Shown here piece by piece: positions 62,055-64,000 of a stretch of 64,000 nt of DNA (positions within the stretch are counted from its first letter, which is position 1; every line of letters begins with the position of its first letter). The notes beneath the pieces were generated by a model, which was not told the DNA's origin, did no database searches, and saw only the letters and a list, made by a program, of their open reading frames with translations. The position numbers and the translations under genes are program-made. The stretch is from NCBI GenBank assembly GCA_950097015.1, contig CATNEN010000025.1, forward strand, positions 5,952,001-6,016,000, written 5' to 3'. This DNA comes from Macrostomum hystrix. Lineage: Eukaryota > Animalia > Platyhelminthes.

Positions 62055-62189
62055 GTTGCTTTTAACTAAAAACCAATCATAAGATATTTTATTTTTCTTC
62101 CAAATAAAATCATAATTAATAATTAATAATAATTGATTACACCTGCCCCAATTGGGTCAGATGTGCAGCCGACAGCACAGCCACAGCTA

Positions 62190-62422
62190 ATGCGCGGCGC
62201 ATCTGAAGGCTGCGTACAGCTGTTCAGTCCATGGACTGGGGGGACGCCACACCCACCTTGGGTACCAGCTGATGCTGGTACCCATTTAACAGCTGGGTGA
62301 ACTGAAGCAATGCAGAGTTAAGTGTCTTGCTAAAGGACACAAATTGTTCCAGTGGGGTCGGGAATCGAACCCCTGACCTTCAAGTCATGAGTCCGATGCC
62401 CTAACCACTAGGCTACAACCTC
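62190..62422 (-). mobile_element. tRNA-derived SINE with a CORE-like central domain
   Basis: Minus strand: A box TAGCCTAGTGG (62415-62405) and B box GGTTCGATTCC (62371-62361). These are followed by TGTGTCCTTTAGCAAGACACTTAACTCTGCATTGCTTCAGTTCACCCAGCTGTTAAATGGG, similar to the CORE-SINE consensus as I recall it. Confidence 0.75.
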
Positions 62423-64000
62423 CTTTCTAAATAAGGTTTTTCTTCTAAAAACAAAAGACAAAGAGATTACCAATTAACTTGTTATTTTATTTTTTTGGGC
62501 AAAATCTGGCTCCAAAGGATTTGTCTAAAATCAGTCTGGAAAGAGATTAAGAATGAGAAACATATAATTTCTCTTAATGTCTCATCTCTCATTAAGAATG
62601 AATATAGCTACTTAAAAGTTCAGGCAGTTTTAGTGTTCATGCTAAATTTGGAACAATTTATAAATTTATACATGGCTAGCTACAATTGTCTCACTTTGAA
62701 TGCCTAGTATGCCACTTGGTGCACAAGCTAGAAGATGGATATAATGCATGTTAAGCATAGAATGACTAATAGAAACAAGTAAATAAGGTTGTTGTAAGAG
62801 AAAATGGACTGTTTTATTACCAGTTATAAAATTATTTTACTTATATTAACTCTAAATGATCAAGACTGCCACACACCAAGACTTCCATAGCTCTGACTGG
62901 CTCAACAGATAAGAGGAGGTCATCATTTTTATAAATTAGCAATGGAAGTGCATTGCTGATCAGTGTCAAATCCAACACCTAGCAACATGGCTGCTCTGAA
63001 AAGATTAAAGTAGGCCCCTATTATATAGTATTTTCTACGAAGAACAAATGTTTTGTTACCTATTAAAAGTAAGAGCCTGAGAAACAACTTTTTAGTTTAG
63101 GCTTTGGATTTTAAATGGAATTACTTGACTGCAAGTGTGGTCTCTACCAATCTCACATCTACCCACCCAAGCTATCCAATAGATGACCATCAGTTATTCC
63201 CTTGTAACCCCCACCCCAGATGTGGCAGTCTTGGTGTATGGAAGTCTTGGTCCTAAACCCTCTAAACTCTCAATTGTGCAAAATAAGCATTCTAGCCTGC
63301 ACTCTAGCTTTCCATTTTTTCTGGCATGAACCTAGCATGATCTAGACTATAGAAACATTACAAAAATATTTCTGACAACATACTCATTACAAAAGACTTT
63401 GTTATACAGTTATTTTTATCTTTAACAGTTTGTTATAACAGCATTTATATTTATACATTAAATATATTTTATCAAACTCATAGGGTTACAACTTACAAAT
63501 TTAAGTAATGCAATACTTCACTATAGCTATAGGCTATAAAAGGTAACAACTCGCCAATATTTGCTCTTATATAGGCCCTAGTAATGTGAACAGAAAGGGG
63601 AAAAATACTCAGTTTTTTAAGAAACGTTTTTAAGCAACTGCAAGTACAACATACAAGTTTAATTATATTTTGTACATAGCTTGTCTTGTGGTATAGGCTC
63701 ATAGAGAAAGTAAATGAAAAAGACGGCTAAAAATTAAGACAATTATTATACCGTAATTTTACTACTAGAGCATTTAACAACGTTGCATTGCATCGAAAAG
63801 TAGGCCTAGTGAATGGAATAGCCACTTTTTATAGCCATGGTCTTCGTCTTTATTAAGAAGAAAAAGGCTTAGACATTAGCTTATATGGAAAATCGATAAA
63901 GCATTGCAGGAATACAATCCATGCAGAAAGGACAAGTAGCGAATACACTAGAAACTTACCTTAACAAAGCTGATTCTGTATTTAAAAGAACCTTTACTCT

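Noticed and set aside
62340-62422. Possible intact tRNA-Met gene
   Set aside because: The acceptor and anticodon stems do not pair properly, and the sequence continues into a SINE body.

Overview
Eukaryotic (metazoan) genomic DNA with GC-rich exons, AT-rich spacers and an extreme density of minisatellites. The composition and gene content suggest a flatworm such as Macrostomum lignano (inference, not verified). Genes I could build with in-phase GT-AG junctions: a LIV-1-type ZIP zinc transporter (+ strand, 5' end not located). All others are on the minus strand: a CD39/NTPDase, a ubiquitin-like ORF overlapping the NTPDase start codon, an intronless LicD-type nucleotidyltransferase, PABPN1, an orphan D-box/KEN-box protein, ADF/cofilin, an Lcch3/GABA-A-beta-like receptor and Pur-alpha, with a small coiled-coil ORF nested in a Pur-alpha intron. 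Most long ORFs in the track are read-throughs of tandem repeats. The most notable signal is a compact type-I hammerhead ribozyme at 36294-36336, placed between Pol III A and B boxes in a tRNA-like cassette inside a GABA-receptor intron. Other leads are the dual-coding UBL/NTPDase first exon, an A-tract after the PABPN1 stop codon, inverted 35-bp satellite arrays around GABA-receptor exon 1, and a co-oriented gene cluster with acceptor sites just upstream of start codons.
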